Shown here piece by piece: positions 1 to 9,971 of a DNA stretch of 64,000 bases. Each line of letters begins with the position of its first letter. The stretch's first letter is position 1. Origin of the DNA: an uncultured Gemmatimonadales bacterium (lineage in GTDB: Bacteria > Gemmatimonadota > Gemmatimonadetes > Gemmatimonadales > GWC2-71-9); assembly GCA_963730185.1 (NCBI GenBank), contig CAVSQW010000013.1, forward strand, positions 64,001-128,000. The letters run 5' to 3'. Both the position numbers and the translations under genes were made by a program. Below the pieces are notes generated by a model. The model searched no databases, had not been told where the DNA came from, and worked only from the letters and a program-made list of their open reading frames with translations.

Positions 1-1
1 G

Positions 2-319
2 CTGACCGCGCTCGCCTCGGCGGACGACCGATGGCGGCCGATCATCGACCCGCTGGTCGGGATCTTCGGCCAGCACCAGCAGAGCGATGGGACCTGGCGG
101 GACACCGACTTCTTCCACGCGCTCGACGCCTTGGGTCGGGTTCGGTCCGATGCCGTGGTCCCGCTGCTGGAGCGGGCCGCGCCGACCCTGCTCCGGCGAC
201 AGCGCGACGACGGGTCGTTTGGCAGCGTGGCGGCGGACGAGCGGGCCCTGATCGGCCTCCGGGTGTTGTTGCGGGTGGCCGGGCGGCCGGCGGGCCGGCC
301 GGCCGGTACCGGCAGCTAG
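2..319 (+). CDS. 3' end of a prenyltransferase/squalene-cyclase (QW)-repeat-like protein, truncated by the window edge
   Basis: Frame +2 is open from base 2 to TAG at 317-319; two QxxDGxW/F motifs (HQQSDGTW, RQRDDGSF). Confidence 0.5.
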   Translation: MTALASADDRWRPIIDPLVGIFGQHQQSDGTWRDTDFFHALDALGRVRSDAVVPLLERAAPTLLRRQRDDGSFGSVAADERALIGLRVLLRVAGRPAGRPAGTGS

Positions 320-380
320 CCGCGATCCGGCCGGCCGTGCGACCGTTGGCCAGTCCAGCCGTCTCCCCCTGGAGATTTCC

Positions 381-1454
381 ATGACCTCGAGTCCGCGCGA
401 CCAACGACCCCGGATCCGGCTCAGCTCGCTATCCCACGGCGCCGGTTGAGCCTGCAAGCTCGGCATGGCCGAGCTGGCGCAGGTGCTGCGTCACGTCCCC
501 AGGATTCCGGATCCCAACGTGCTGGTCGACGCCGCGTCGCGAGACGACGCGGCGGTATACCGGATCGCGCCCGACCGGGCCCTCGTCGTGACGGCCGACT
601 TCTTCACTCCCATCGTGAACGATGCCGCCGCCTGGGGGGCGATCGCCGCGGCCAACGCGCTGAGCGACGTGTATGCCATGGGGGGAAGGCCGTTCCTGGC
701 GCTCAACCTGGTCGGCTGGCCCCGCGACCGGCTCCCGATGGAGCTCCTCGGCGAGGTGATGGATGGGGCCGCCCGAGTCATGCGAGAGGCCGGCTGCCTG
801 ATCCTCGGCGGCCATTCGATCGACGACCCCGAGCCCAAGTTCGGGATGGTGGTCGTGGGCGAGGTCCATCCCGATCGGCTGCTCACGAATGCCGGGGCCC
901 GCCCCGGTGATCTCCTGGTTCTCACCAAGCCCCTCGGAACCGGGATCCTGGCCACCGCCCTCAAGCGGGAGGTCATCACCGACGCCGAGATGGCGCCGGC
1001 GATCGCGCTGATGACCACGCTCAATGCCGACGCCGCCCAGGCCGCGTTGGCCCACGGCGTCACCGCCGCGACCGACGTGACCGGCTTCGGTCTGATCGGA
1101 CACCTCGGCAACATCGTTGCCTCGAGCGGCGTCGGCGCCCGGATCGACGTGACCCGCGTCCCGACCATCCCTGGGGCGCTGGAGCTGACCACCCAGGACG
1201 TCGTGCCCGACGGGACCCGGCGGAATCTGGCGTCGGTCGCGGTGGAGTGGTCGGACGACGTGTCGAGCGCCGAGCGCCTGCTCTGTGCCGATGCCCAGAC
1301 GTCGGGTGGCCTGCTGCTGGCCGTTCCACCCGACCGGGTGCGGGGCCTGATCGACGCCCTGCTGGAGGTCCGGACCCCCGCCAGCCGGGTGATCGGAGAG
1401 GTCACCGCGGAGCCCGGGGTGATCCGAGTCACCCGCGGGAGCGGGATCCTGTAG
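381..1454 (+). CDS. selD: Selenide,water dikinase (selenophosphate synthetase), selenocysteine-containing
   Basis: ATG 381 with GGAGA RBS reads MTSSPRDQRPRIRLSSLSHGAG-UGA(447-449)-ACKLGMAELAQ in frame with ORF 465..1454. SelD motifs DDAAVY, TADFFTPIV, ANALSDVYAMGG, GGHSI, TDVTGFGL, DAQTSGGLL. Confidence 0.95.
451..483 (+). promoter_or_regulatory. Bacterial SECIS-like stem-loop
   Basis: Immediately after the UGA: CCTGC/GCAGG lower stem and a perfect AGCTCGGC-ATG-GCCGAGCT upper stem, with the loop about 16 nt downstream of the UGA. Confidence 0.75.
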
Positions 1455-1467
1455 CCCTCCCCCCCGG

Positions 1468-1532
1468 CCCGACTCCCTACTCCCTACTCCCTACTCCCTC
1501 CCCACTCACCAGTCACCACTCCCAATTCACTA
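1468..1532 (+). repeat. Intergenic heptamer tandem repeat, (CCCTACT)n-like
   Basis: cccgact ccctact ccctact ccctact ccctccc cactcac cagtcac cactccc aattcac. Confidence 0.85.
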
Positions 1533-1541
1533 TATTCCGTC

Positions 1542-1763
1542 GTGGCTTTTCATTGGTCTCCCGCCCGTATGGATCTCCTCGAGCGCGCCGCCCGCGACGG
1601 TCGCCGCGTGGCCGTGGTGCGCCGGGGCAACGAATACGTGGTGGTGGCCCGGCGGATCGATGCGCTGAGCTCCCGCGAGGCCCTGATCGGCGTCCACCCG
1701 ATGACCGGGGACGAGATCCGGTTCGAACTGGCCGAGATCGAAGCCTTCCAGGTGGTGGGATGA
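1542..1763 (+). CDS. Small hypothetical protein
   Basis: 73-aa ORF with natural-looking composition; its stop overlaps the rnhA start (ATGA). Confidence 0.7.
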   Translation: MAFHWSPARMDLLERAARDGRRVAVVRRGNEYVVVARRIDALSSREALIGVHPMTGDEIRFELAEIEAFQVVG

Positions 1764-2419
1764 CTGGGCGACCGATTCGGGCCGCGGTGGTGCACCTCGA
1801 CGAGAGCTGCCTAGGGAACGGGCGCGAGGGGCCGACCCCGGGTGGCACCGGCGGGCTGATCGAGGTCCGGACGACGAGAGGCGTGGAGCGGCGGGAGTTT
1901 GCGATCGCGTCCGCCGACACCACCAACAACCGGATGGCCTTGGCCGGCGCGATCGCGGTGCTGCAACTTCTGGCCGCCAAGGGGAACCGCCTCCAGGTCC
2001 TCATCGTCTCCGATTCGGAGTACCTGGTCCGGGGGGTCCGGGAGTGGCTCCCGGGTTGGATCTCGCGCGGGTGGAAGCGGAAGGCCGGCCCGATCGAGAA
2101 CCTGGAGCTCTGGCGGGCACTCGACTCGTCGCTCCGGCAGCACGACCCCCAGCTCACCTGGGTCCGAGGTCACGCCGGCCACCCCAAGAACGAGTTCGCG
2201 AACGACCTGGCGGTCGCGGCGGCGAAGACCCAGGCCACGACCGATGGCCTGATCGAGTCGACCTTGCTCGAGTGGCTGGGCCGCCAGCGGGAGAAGGGAC
2301 GGTACCTGGACTACGATCCCGACCAGGCGTTCACCGTGCTCGAGCAGCGGCTCAAAGCCCGCGAGAGGCTGCCGCTCGCGCTCGAGGAGCGCCGCGGCCC
2401 GACGGAGCAGGCGTCGTGA
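1760..2419 (+). CDS. rnhA: Ribonuclease HI (atypical active-site residues)
   Basis: Motifs DESCLGN, TTNNRM, SDSEY, GW..RGWK, NLELW, WVRGHAGHPKNE. Confidence 0.9.
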   Translation: MTGRPIRAAVVHLDESCLGNGREGPTPGGTGGLIEVRTTRGVERREFAIASADTTNNRMALAGAIAVLQLLAAKGNRLQVLIVSDSEYLVRGVREWLPGWISRGWKRKAGPIENLELWRALDSSLRQHDPQLTWVRGHAGHPKNEFANDLAVAAAKTQATTDGLIESTLLEWLGRQREKGRYLDYDPDQAFTVLEQRLKARERLPLALEERRGPTEQAS

Positions 2420-3198
2420 CCGATCTCGAACTGCTCGTCCGCCGGCTCGTTGACCGGATCCAGGAAAAGGACCCGGCCGCGATCCACCGACCGGTCACCC
2501 TCAAGGACGTCCGGCGGGGCCTGTTGCCGTACCGCGCCTACCGGAACCCCCTCCGGCTGACCAGCGTCGAGGATTACGACCTCCTGCTGCTCCGCCTCTG
2601 CGCCGGGGAGGGGGACTACGTCCGGATCAACCCGCCCGAAGCCGCCGAGCGTTGTCGGCAGGAGGTGGCCGGCCCGAACCCCGATCTGACGCTGGTCTCG
2701 GAGCTCGACGAGGTGACGGTGCAGATCGGCGCCGAGGCGCTCCAGCGGGTCATGAGCCTCGAGGTCGACGTCCCGTCCGCGGCGGCCGAGCCGGTCCAGC
2801 CGGCGAGCGACTTGCCGCTGCTCCCTCTCGACGCGCCCGAGCCGCCGGCCGCCACGCCGATGCTCGAGGAGCCGGACATCGAGCTGCCGCCCGCCCCGCC
2901 GCCGCCAGAACCGAGGCTCAGACTGTCGCGGCCGGAACCCACGCCCAAACCGGTGCTCCGGCTCTCCCGCACGGAGCCGGCCCCTCCGGACCCCTCGAAG
3001 TCCGGGGCCGAGGCCGCGCCGACCTGTCCGCGCTGCCGGGAGTCGCTACCCCGAACCCGGCGGGTGGTGTTCTGCCCCTTCTGCGGCGAGCGGCTCGACC
3101 CGCTCCGCTGCTCGCGGTGCGGGACGGAGCTCGAGCCGGGCTGGAAGCACTGCATCACCTGCGGCCGTCCCACCACCTCCGACGGAGAGTACGTGTGA
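2416..3198 (+). CDS. Double zinc-ribbon domain protein with Pro-rich linker
   Basis: GTG overlaps the rnhA stop; C-terminal CPRC, CPFCG, CSRCG, CITCG. Confidence 0.8.
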   Translation: MTDLELLVRRLVDRIQEKDPAAIHRPVTLKDVRRGLLPYRAYRNPLRLTSVEDYDLLLLRLCAGEGDYVRINPPEAAERCRQEVAGPNPDLTLVSELDEVTVQIGAEALQRVMSLEVDVPSAAAEPVQPASDLPLLPLDAPEPPAATPMLEEPDIELPPAPPPPEPRLRLSRPEPTPKPVLRLSRTEPAPPDPSKSGAEAAPTCPRCRESLPRTRRVVFCPFCGERLDPLRCSRCGTELEPGWKHCITCGRPTTSDGEYV

Positions 3199-4112
3199 CC
3201 GCGCCCGACCCGAAACAGATCGATCGGGCGGCGCTGGACAGGATCATCCAGCGGGCGGCCGAGCTGCAAACCGGCGAGCGTGAGATCGGCGACAGTCTCA
3301 CACCCGACGAGGTCATGTCTCTCGGTAAGGAAGTGGGCATTCCGGCCCGCTACCTTCGCCAGGCCATGCTCGAGCACCAGTCGCTCACGCCGACGCTGGG
3401 CGGCGGCACGGTGACGGGTCGGTGGGTGGGCCCCGCGGAGATCGAGGTGCAGCGGGTGGTCCAGGGCAGCCAGGAAGACGTGCTCCGCTCCCTGATGGCA
3501 TGGATGGAGAAGAGCGAGCTCCTGGTGCTCCAGCGGCAGCAGCCCGGCTGGGCGAGCTGGGAGCCGCTCCGAGGGATGCAGGCGGCGATCCGCCGGGGCA
3601 CGGCGTCGCTCGACACCAAGAAGCCGAAGTTCATGCTCTCCCGGGCGGAAACGGTGATCGGCACGGTGGCCCCGCTGGAGCCGGGCTACTGCCACGTCAC
3701 CCTCGCCGCCACCCTGCGCCGGACCAGGGCCGGGTACCTCGGCGGCGCCGTGACGCTCGGCACGGTCGGGGTCACGGCCACGGGCATTCTCTTTGCCCTG
3801 AGCGCCTTTCCCCTCGTGGCGCTGGCCCCCCTTCTGCCGGCCGCTCTCGCGTCGGTGGCCGTGCTCCGAAGCTTTCGGCCCGTGGCCGCCCGGGTCCAGT
3901 TGGGGTTGGAGCGGGCACTCGATTTCCTCGAGCGAGGCGGCGTCAAGCCGGGTCACGAAGCGCTTCCCAAGTCGCCGGGGCTCCTCGAGCTCCTGGCCGG
4001 AGAGGTCCGGCGCGCGCTGACCGCGGGCGAAGGGCATGCCCGAGAGGCCCAACGACGCGGCCGGCTCCGAGGGCCGGACGCCAAATCCCGAACCGGACAC
4101 GACGACTCATGA
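3195..4112 (+). CDS. Hypothetical membrane protein
   Basis: GTGA coupling to the upstream gene; N-terminal IIQRAAELQ helix and two hydrophobic segments. Confidence 0.7.
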   Translation: MTAPDPKQIDRAALDRIIQRAAELQTGEREIGDSLTPDEVMSLGKEVGIPARYLRQAMLEHQSLTPTLGGGTVTGRWVGPAEIEVQRVVQGSQEDVLRSLMAWMEKSELLVLQRQQPGWASWEPLRGMQAAIRRGTASLDTKKPKFMLSRAETVIGTVAPLEPGYCHVTLAATLRRTRAGYLGGAVTLGTVGVTATGILFALSAFPLVALAPLLPAALASVAVLRSFRPVAARVQLGLERALDFLERGGVKPGHEALPKSPGLLELLAGEVRRALTAGEGHAREAQRRGRLRGPDAKSRTGHDDS

Positions 4113-5002
4113 CCCAGCCCAAGATCTCCACCGTCGGCGTGATCGGCGCCGGCCTCATGGGAAGCGGCATCGCGCAGGTCACCGCTGCGGCCGGCTTCCC
4201 AGTCGTCCTCCGCGACGTCGACGACGCCTCGCTCGCCCGGGGGCGCGCCGCCATCGAGGGCTCGCTCGCCAAGTTCGTCGAGAAGGGCAAGCTCACGGCC
4301 GCCGACCGGGACGCCACCCTGGGCCGGCTCTCGCTCACGACCGATCTGAGCCAGGCGGCCGCCGCCGACCTGGTCGTCGAGGCGATTCCCGAGGATCTGG
4401 AGCTCAAGAACCGGCTCTGGCGCGAGCTTGACGGCTCGAGCCCCGCCGGGACGATCTTCGCCTCCAACACCTCCAGCCTCACCATCGCCGCGATGGCGGC
4501 CGTGACCCGCCGGCGCGACCGGTTCGTCGGGCTCCACTTCTTCAGCCCGGTGCCGCTCATGCCGCTCGTCGAGGTGGTCCGCACGGTGGGTACCGCGCCC
4601 GAGGTATTCGCCGCCGCCTTCGCCTTCGCCCAGGCCATCGGCAAGGAGCCGATCGCCGCCAAAGACACCACCGGGTTCGTGGTGAACCTGTTGCTGGTGC
4701 CCTTCATGCTCGACGCCGTCCGGGCCCTCGAGCACGGCGTGGCGTCGGTCGAGGACATCGACAAAGGGATGAAGCTGGGCTGCAACCACCCGATGGGTCC
4801 GCTCACCCTCGCGGATTTCACCGGGCTCGACATCTGCTACCACGTCGCCGAGATCATGTTCGAGGAGTTCCGCGAGGCCCGATACGCCCCGCCCCCGCTG
4901 CTCAAGCGGCTGATCCTGCTCGGCCACCTGGGTCGGAAGACCGGCCGCGGGTTCTACGACTACTCGGTCAAGCCGCCCGTGCCGGCCGACCTCGGGCTCT
5001 GA
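4109..5002 (+). CDS. 3-hydroxybutyryl-CoA / 3-hydroxyacyl-CoA dehydrogenase
   Basis: GAGLMGSGIA Rossmann motif, EAIPE, ASNTSS, GLHFF, GFVVN, HPMGP, GRKTGRGFY. Confidence 0.92.
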   Translation: MTQPKISTVGVIGAGLMGSGIAQVTAAAGFPVVLRDVDDASLARGRAAIEGSLAKFVEKGKLTAADRDATLGRLSLTTDLSQAAAADLVVEAIPEDLELKNRLWRELDGSSPAGTIFASNTSSLTIAAMAAVTRRRDRFVGLHFFSPVPLMPLVEVVRTVGTAPEVFAAAFAFAQAIGKEPIAAKDTTGFVVNLLLVPFMLDAVRALEHGVASVEDIDKGMKLGCNHPMGPLTLADFTGLDICYHVAEIMFEEFREARYAPPPLLKRLILLGHLGRKTGRGFYDYSVKPPVPADLGL

Positions 5003-5013
5003 GCCTCGCCACG

Positions 5014-5691
5014 ATGCGGCACGCCGCCGGCCGGATCGCGCTCGCCACCCTCGCCCTCGTGGCGTGCAAGGCGACGACCAGTCGGCCCTCGTTCGTGCCC
5101 TTTCCCGAGGCGGGCCACGGGGAGATCGGCTTCGGCAACCCCGATCGGGTCGCGACCATCACCCAGGCCACCCAGGTCCTGGCCGAGGCGCTCCGGGCCG
5201 ACAGCATCCCGGTCGCCCGGGTCCACGTGAGCGACGGCTACCTCGAAACCGGATGGTTCGACGCGGCCTCGCTCACGCCGACCGGCCGGCGACCTCTCGG
5301 CCCGGAGGTGGTGAAGGTCCGCGGATGGGTGGATCCGGCCAAGCCGGGCTTCAGCGATCTCGAGGTGGAGACGGTCTACGTGCCCTACGCCGACCCGTCG
5401 CGCCCCGAACGTGACCTCGAGGCGCCCGTGGCCGCCGACCATCCGGTGGCCACGCGGGTGGCCGGCGTGATCAAGGCGCTGGTCGAGAAGTTCGGCGAGC
5501 CCGACACCACCACCGTCCGCGCGGCCGCCCCCGGCGCCAAGCCACCGGTTGCCGACACCGGAGCCCGGCCTGCCGCGTCCGGCCAGAAGCAGAAGGCGGC
5601 GCCCGCCCCGGTGGCGAAGAAGGTCGTGGCCGACAGCGCGAAGAAGGCCCCGCCCGATACGACCCGTCCCTTCATGGCCCACTTCCCATGA
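5014..5691 (+). CDS. Hypothetical lipoprotein
   Basis: Signal peptide with LVAC lipobox; Ala/Lys/Pro-rich tail; ATGA-coupled to the next gene. Confidence 0.65.
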   Translation: MRHAAGRIALATLALVACKATTSRPSFVPFPEAGHGEIGFGNPDRVATITQATQVLAEALRADSIPVARVHVSDGYLETGWFDAASLTPTGRRPLGPEVVKVRGWVDPAKPGFSDLEVETVYVPYADPSRPERDLEAPVAADHPVATRVAGVIKALVEKFGEPDTTTVRAAAPGAKPPVADTGARPAASGQKQKAAPAPVAKKVVADSAKKAPPDTTRPFMAHFP

Positions 5692-7331
5692 ACGGCCCCA
5701 AGGACTTCGCCGGCGTCTGGCGCACCGACGGTCGTGCCCGCGCCTCCTACAGCGAGGGCGCCGGTATCTACCGGATCGTTCCATCGGCCATCGCCGTGCC
5801 TTCGACCACGGCGGCGCTCGCCCGGCTGGTAGCCTGGGCCAAGCAGGGCAAGGTGAGCCTGGTGCCTCGGGGCGCCGGCAGTGCGATGCCGGGCAGCAAC
5901 GTCGGCTCGGGGGTGCTGGTCGACCTTCGGGCCCTCGACGGCGCCCCCCTCACGATCGACCCCGTGGGCCAGCTTGCCTATACCGGCGCCGCCGTCACCC
6001 TCGGCGCCCTCGACGAGCTGGCCGGTCGCCACGGACTCCGGATGCCGGTCGATCCGTCGAGCGCCCGCTGGGTGACCGCGGGCGGTGCCGTCTCCACCAA
6101 TGCGTCCGGCTCGAGAACCGTCCGCCACGGCAGCGTCCGCCGGTGGGTTCATGGACTCGACCTGGTGACCGACGACGGCGAGGTGGTCCGGCTGGTGCGG
6201 GGCGAGCCGATTCCCGACTGCGACCTGGGCCGACGGTTCCGCGAGGAGGCGGAGCAGACGCTGCGGCTGGCCCGCTGGCGGGTGGCGGGCGGCTTCCCGA
6301 AGGTCCGGAAGAACACCGCCGGGTACGCACTCGACGCCTACCTGACCTCCGGCGACCTGATCGACCTCATCGTAGGCGCCGAGGGCACGCTGGGGTTCGT
6401 GACCGGAGTGACCTGGCGCCTCCAGCCGATCCCCGCCGCCCGGGCCGGCGTCCGCGCCGCCCTCCGCGACGTGCGCCGCCTGGCCCACGTGGTGCCCGCG
6501 CTCCTCGAGCTCGATCCCAGCCGGGTGGAGTTCCTGGACGGGACGATGGTCGGCTATCTCGGTGACGATCTGCGCGCGATTCCGCAGGCCGAGGCCGTCG
6601 CCGCCAAAGGCGCCTTGCTGATGGTCGAGTTCGAGGGCGAGACGTCCGAGGAGCTCTCCGCCGGCCTCGAGCGGGCGGTTGGCATCCTCCGGGGCGAAAG
6701 CGTCGAGGTGCTGCTGGCCAAGGACGGACCCGAAGCCGACGCCATCTGGGCCATCCGGCACGCGGCCAGCCCGCGGCTGGCGCAGCTGGGCGAGCACCGC
6801 CGGTCGCTCCAGGTCATCGAGGACGGGTGTGTGCCGGTCGAGCGACTGGGCGACTACCTCGCGTCGGTCCGGACCGCGGCCCAGCGGGTGGGGATCGTGG
6901 TGGTGATGTTCGGACACGCGGGCGACGGCAACGTGCACGCCAACCTCCTGCCTGATACCCAACGCGACGGCTGGCCCGACGGTCTTCGTCAGGTGTACGA
7001 GACCGTCAGCCAGGCGGTGATCGGCATGGGCGGAACGCCGAGCGGCGAGCACGGCGACGGCCGGCTGCGGGCTCCGCTGCTCGAGAAGGTCTACGGCTGG
7101 GAGATCATGCAGCTCTTCCGCCTGGTGAAACGGGTCTTCGACCCGACCGGGATCCTCAACCCCGGGATCAAGCTCCCGCTCGACGGGCCGGCCCTCGCGT
7201 CGCTCAAAGTTGGCCCCGACGCGGTGCCGCTTCCGATTGACATCGAGCGAGCCCTCCGGTGGGTCGAGCGGGACGCCGGCTACCTGGCCGATCGCCTCTC
7301 GCTCGCCGACGACCCGTTGTCCACGCCCTGA
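5688..7331 (+). CDS. FAD-binding oxidoreductase (GlcD/D-lactate dehydrogenase-like)
   Basis: [39 protein letters not shown]. Confidence 0.9.
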   Translation: MNGPKDFAGVWRTDGRARASYSEGAGIYRIVPSAIAVPSTTAALARLVAWAKQGKVSLVPRGAGSAMPGSNVGSGVLVDLRALDGAPLTIDPVGQLAYTGAAVTLGALDELAGRHGLRMPVDPSSARWVTAGGAVSTNASGSRTVRHGSVRRWVHGLDLVTDDGEVVRLVRGEPIPDCDLGRRFREEAEQTLRLARWRVAGGFPKVRKNTAGYALDAYLTSGDLIDLIVGAEGTLGFVTGVTWRLQPIPAARAGVRAALRDVRRLAHVVPALLELDPSRVEFLDGTMVGYLGDDLRAIPQAEAVAAKGALLMVEFEGETSEELSAGLERAVGILRGESVEVLLAKDGPEADAIWAIRHAASPRLAQLGEHRRSLQVIEDGCVPVERLGDYLASVRTAAQRVGIVVVMFGHAGDGNVHANLLPDTQRDGWPDGLRQVYETVSQAVIGMGGTPSGEHGDGRLRAPLLEKVYGWEIMQLFRLVKRVFDPTGILNPGIKLPLDGPALASLKVGPDAVPLPIDIERALRWVERDAGYLADRLSLADDPLSTP

Positions 7332-7345
7332 CCGGAGGACGGGCC

Positions 7346-8140
7346 ATGCGTCAGTATCTCGACCTCCTTCGCCACGTGCTCGATCGCGGCCGGCCCAAGG
7401 CCGATCGGACCGGCACCGGAACGCTCAGCGTCTTCGGATACCAGATGCGGTTCGACCTCGCGGCCGGGTTCCCGCTGGTCACCACCAAGAAGCTCCATAC
7501 CAAGTCGATCATTCACGAGCTGCTTTGGTTCCTCCAGGGCGACACGAATGTCAAATATCTGAACGATCACGGCGTGTCGATCTGGGACGAGTGGGCCGGA
7601 CCGGACGGTGATCTCGGCCCGATTTATGGCCGCCAGTGGCGGTCCTGGCCCAGGCCGGATGGCGGCAGCGTCGATCAGATCACCGAGGTCGTCGACCGGA
7701 TCCGCCGTGACCCAGACTCGCGCCGCCTGGTGGTGAGCGCTTGGAACCCCGCCGAGCTCGGCCGCATGGCCTTGGCCCCGTGCCACGCCCTGTTCCAGTT
7801 CTACGTGGTGGACGGCCGGCTCTCCTGCCAACTCTACCAGCGGAGCGCCGACATCTTTCTCGGCGTCCCCTTCAACATCGCGTCGTACGCCCTGCTGACC
7901 TTGATGGTGGCGCAGGTCACCGACCTCGCGCCGGGAGAGTTCGTCCATACCTTCGGGGACGCCCACCTCTACACCAATCACCTCGATCAGGCGCGGCTTC
8001 AGCTGGGCCGCGCGCCGGCCCCGCTCCCCACCATGCGGCTGGACCCTTCCGTCCGGTCGATTCTGGACTTCCGATTCGAGCACTTCTCGCTCGAGGGATA
8101 CCGCCCGGCGCCATCGATCCCGGCGCCCATCGCGGTGTAA
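7346..8140 (+). CDS. thyA: Thymidylate synthase
   Basis: [52 protein letters not shown]. Confidence 0.98.
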   Translation: MRQYLDLLRHVLDRGRPKADRTGTGTLSVFGYQMRFDLAAGFPLVTTKKLHTKSIIHELLWFLQGDTNVKYLNDHGVSIWDEWAGPDGDLGPIYGRQWRSWPRPDGGSVDQITEVVDRIRRDPDSRRLVVSAWNPAELGRMALAPCHALFQFYVVDGRLSCQLYQRSADIFLGVPFNIASYALLTLMVAQVTDLAPGEFVHTFGDAHLYTNHLDQARLQLGRAPAPLPTMRLDPSVRSILDFRFEHFSLEGYRPAPSIPAPIAV

Positions 8141-8679
8141 TGGCGGACCGAACGCCCGGCGGCCGGCCGGCGAGGCTGAGGGGGCCGATCGTCTCACTGG
8201 TGGCGGCGGTGGCGGAGAACGGGGTGATCGGGAAGGATGGCCATCTCCCCTGGCGGCTCCCCGACGACTGGAAGTTCTTCAAGCGGCTGACCGTCGATCA
8301 CACCGTGGTCATGGGTCGGAAGACCTTCGACGAGATCGAGCGACCCCTCGCCAACCGGCGGAACGTGGTCGTCTCCCGGAATCCTGGGTTCCGACCCCTC
8401 GGCGTCACCGTGGTTCCCTCACTCGAGGAGGCGTTCGCCCTCGGAGCCACCGAGGACGAGGTCTTCGTGATCGGCGGCGCCGAGATCTACCGTCAGGCCC
8501 TGGCCAGGGCCGATCGACTCTACCTGACGGTGGTACACGCGGCGGTCGAAGGCGACACCAGATTCCCCGAATTCGACCGTGCGGGTTGGGTGCTGGAAGA
8601 GGAAAAGCACCATCCAGCCGACGAAAAGCACGCCTACCCTTTCACTTTTCGCCGTTACACGCGCCTTCGAAGCCGTTGA
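8140..8679 (+). CDS. folA: Dihydrofolate reductase
   Basis: NGVIG..LPW.LPDD, MGRKT, RPLANRRNVV, IGGAEIY, GDTRFP; TAATG overlap with thyA. Confidence 0.96.
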   Translation: MADRTPGGRPARLRGPIVSLVAAVAENGVIGKDGHLPWRLPDDWKFFKRLTVDHTVVMGRKTFDEIERPLANRRNVVVSRNPGFRPLGVTVVPSLEEAFALGATEDEVFVIGGAEIYRQALARADRLYLTVVHAAVEGDTRFPEFDRAGWVLEEEKHHPADEKHAYPFTFRRYTRLRSR

Positions 8680-9804
8680 TCAGCGTTGTCGCGCACCGCC
8701 GTCGATCGGTGATGCGGCGTCCGGTCTTGCACTTTGCCAGTCTTCGCCGAGTAGACTTGCGACAGTCGCCGCAAGCTGACTTTGGGTCCCGCGAAAGCCG
8801 CGACGGGCCCCGAGCGGCGGCGTCTTCGGTCCCATCATCGCCATCCAGATCCGTTCCGCCGCCGGCACGTCGCGGCCGTGATCGGTCCAGTCCCGGCCTT
8901 CGCCTCGACCATGATCGGTGGCCAGCACGAGGCTGGTGCGACCCCGGTATTCGGGCAGCGACTGGGCCGCGTGCCAGAGGTCGGCGATGAACCGATCGGC
9001 CCGATGGGCGGCGTCGAGGTAGAGGTCGTAGCGGCGACGATGGGCCCACTCGTCGGTCTCGCCGAGGAGCACGACCAGCACCCGCGGACGATCGCGAGAG
9101 AGGGTCGCGAGGGCCGCCTCCATGGCCGGCGCGTCCAGCGCCGATCCCCGCCAGAGGAGGGGCAGGCGGTCGGTATAGTCGTCGATCGTTCGCTCCCGTT
9201 CGGTGGTCGCGCCGGGGAACGGTATTCCGAGTGCCGTCACGGGGAGACCGCTTCGTTCGGCGTTGAAGATGTAGGGGAAAACGTCCCACGAACCGAAGAT
9301 CGCGATGGCCCCCCGATAGCCCCGCCGGGTGGCCAGCCACTCGAGCACGGTGAGGTTGGGATTGGGCACCTTGTCGTTGCTGTCGATCCGGTCGTCGGGG
9401 GCGCCGCTGAAGAGCTCGTTGTACCCCGGATAGGAAAACCACTTGCCGTTGGTCACCCGAACGAGGCTCCCGGCGGAGGGGTCGCCGAGCACCTGACCGC
9501 CGGTGGCGATGGAGTCCCAGAGGAAGGGCAGCAGCCGGCGGCGGCGGTCGGTCGGTGTCTCGCCCCAGAACCGACTCCGGACCAGGGCCGTGTCCTCGAC
9601 GCCGCCGTCCGGTCCCGCCAGCAGGTCGTGATCGGCGCCGCCGAAGACCTCCTGCCACCGCATTCCGTCGAGCGTGACGACGATCACCCGCTGATCGGTC
9701 GCCTGTCCAACGAGCGGTGCCGTCGCCGCGCCGACCAGCATCGCCGCGCCGACGAGCACCGTTTCGAGCGTTCTGCGCCGCCGATTCTCGCGTTTTGCAG
9801 TCAT
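8680..9804 (-). CDS. Secreted alkaline-phosphatase-superfamily (phosphoglyceromutase-like) protein
   Basis: Signal peptide; VVTLDGMRWQE, FSYPGY, ETDEWAH, TDHGRG. Confidence 0.8.
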   Translation of the reverse strand: MTAKRENRRRRTLETVLVGAAMLVGAATAPLVGQATDQRVIVVTLDGMRWQEVFGGADHDLLAGPDGGVEDTALVRSRFWGETPTDRRRRLLPFLWDSIATGGQVLGDPSAGSLVRVTNGKWFSYPGYNELFSGAPDDRIDSNDKVPNPNLTVLEWLATRRGYRGAIAIFGSWDVFPYIFNAERSGLPVTALGIPFPGATTERERTIDDYTDRLPLLWRGSALDAPAMEAALATLSRDRPRVLVVLLGETDEWAHRRRYDLYLDAAHRADRFIADLWHAAQSLPEYRGRTSLVLATDHGRGEGRDWTDHGRDVPAAERIWMAMMGPKTPPLGARRGFRGTQSQLAATVASLLGEDWQSARPDAASPIDGGARQR

Positions 9805-9971
9805 TGAAAGAGCCCGCGTTTGGATGTCGAGGTCGAATTGGCCCGTGTTTTGATCGTAAAATCTATTGTGCGGCGTTTGCATGTTTTTTACTTTTGTTTG
9901 CGGTAGTTGTACGAATCACTTCGTTGTGGCGGATCGGGTGTGGGACCGTTTGACCTCATCAAGGAGATCTC

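Noticed and set aside
465..1454. selD starting at ATG 465
   Set aside because: Would omit the catalytic U/C-x-x-K region; the upstream in-frame start with an RBS fits better.
1468..1532. Heptamer arrays as CRISPR repeats
   Set aside because: Units are 7 bp with no unique spacers, and there are no cas genes.
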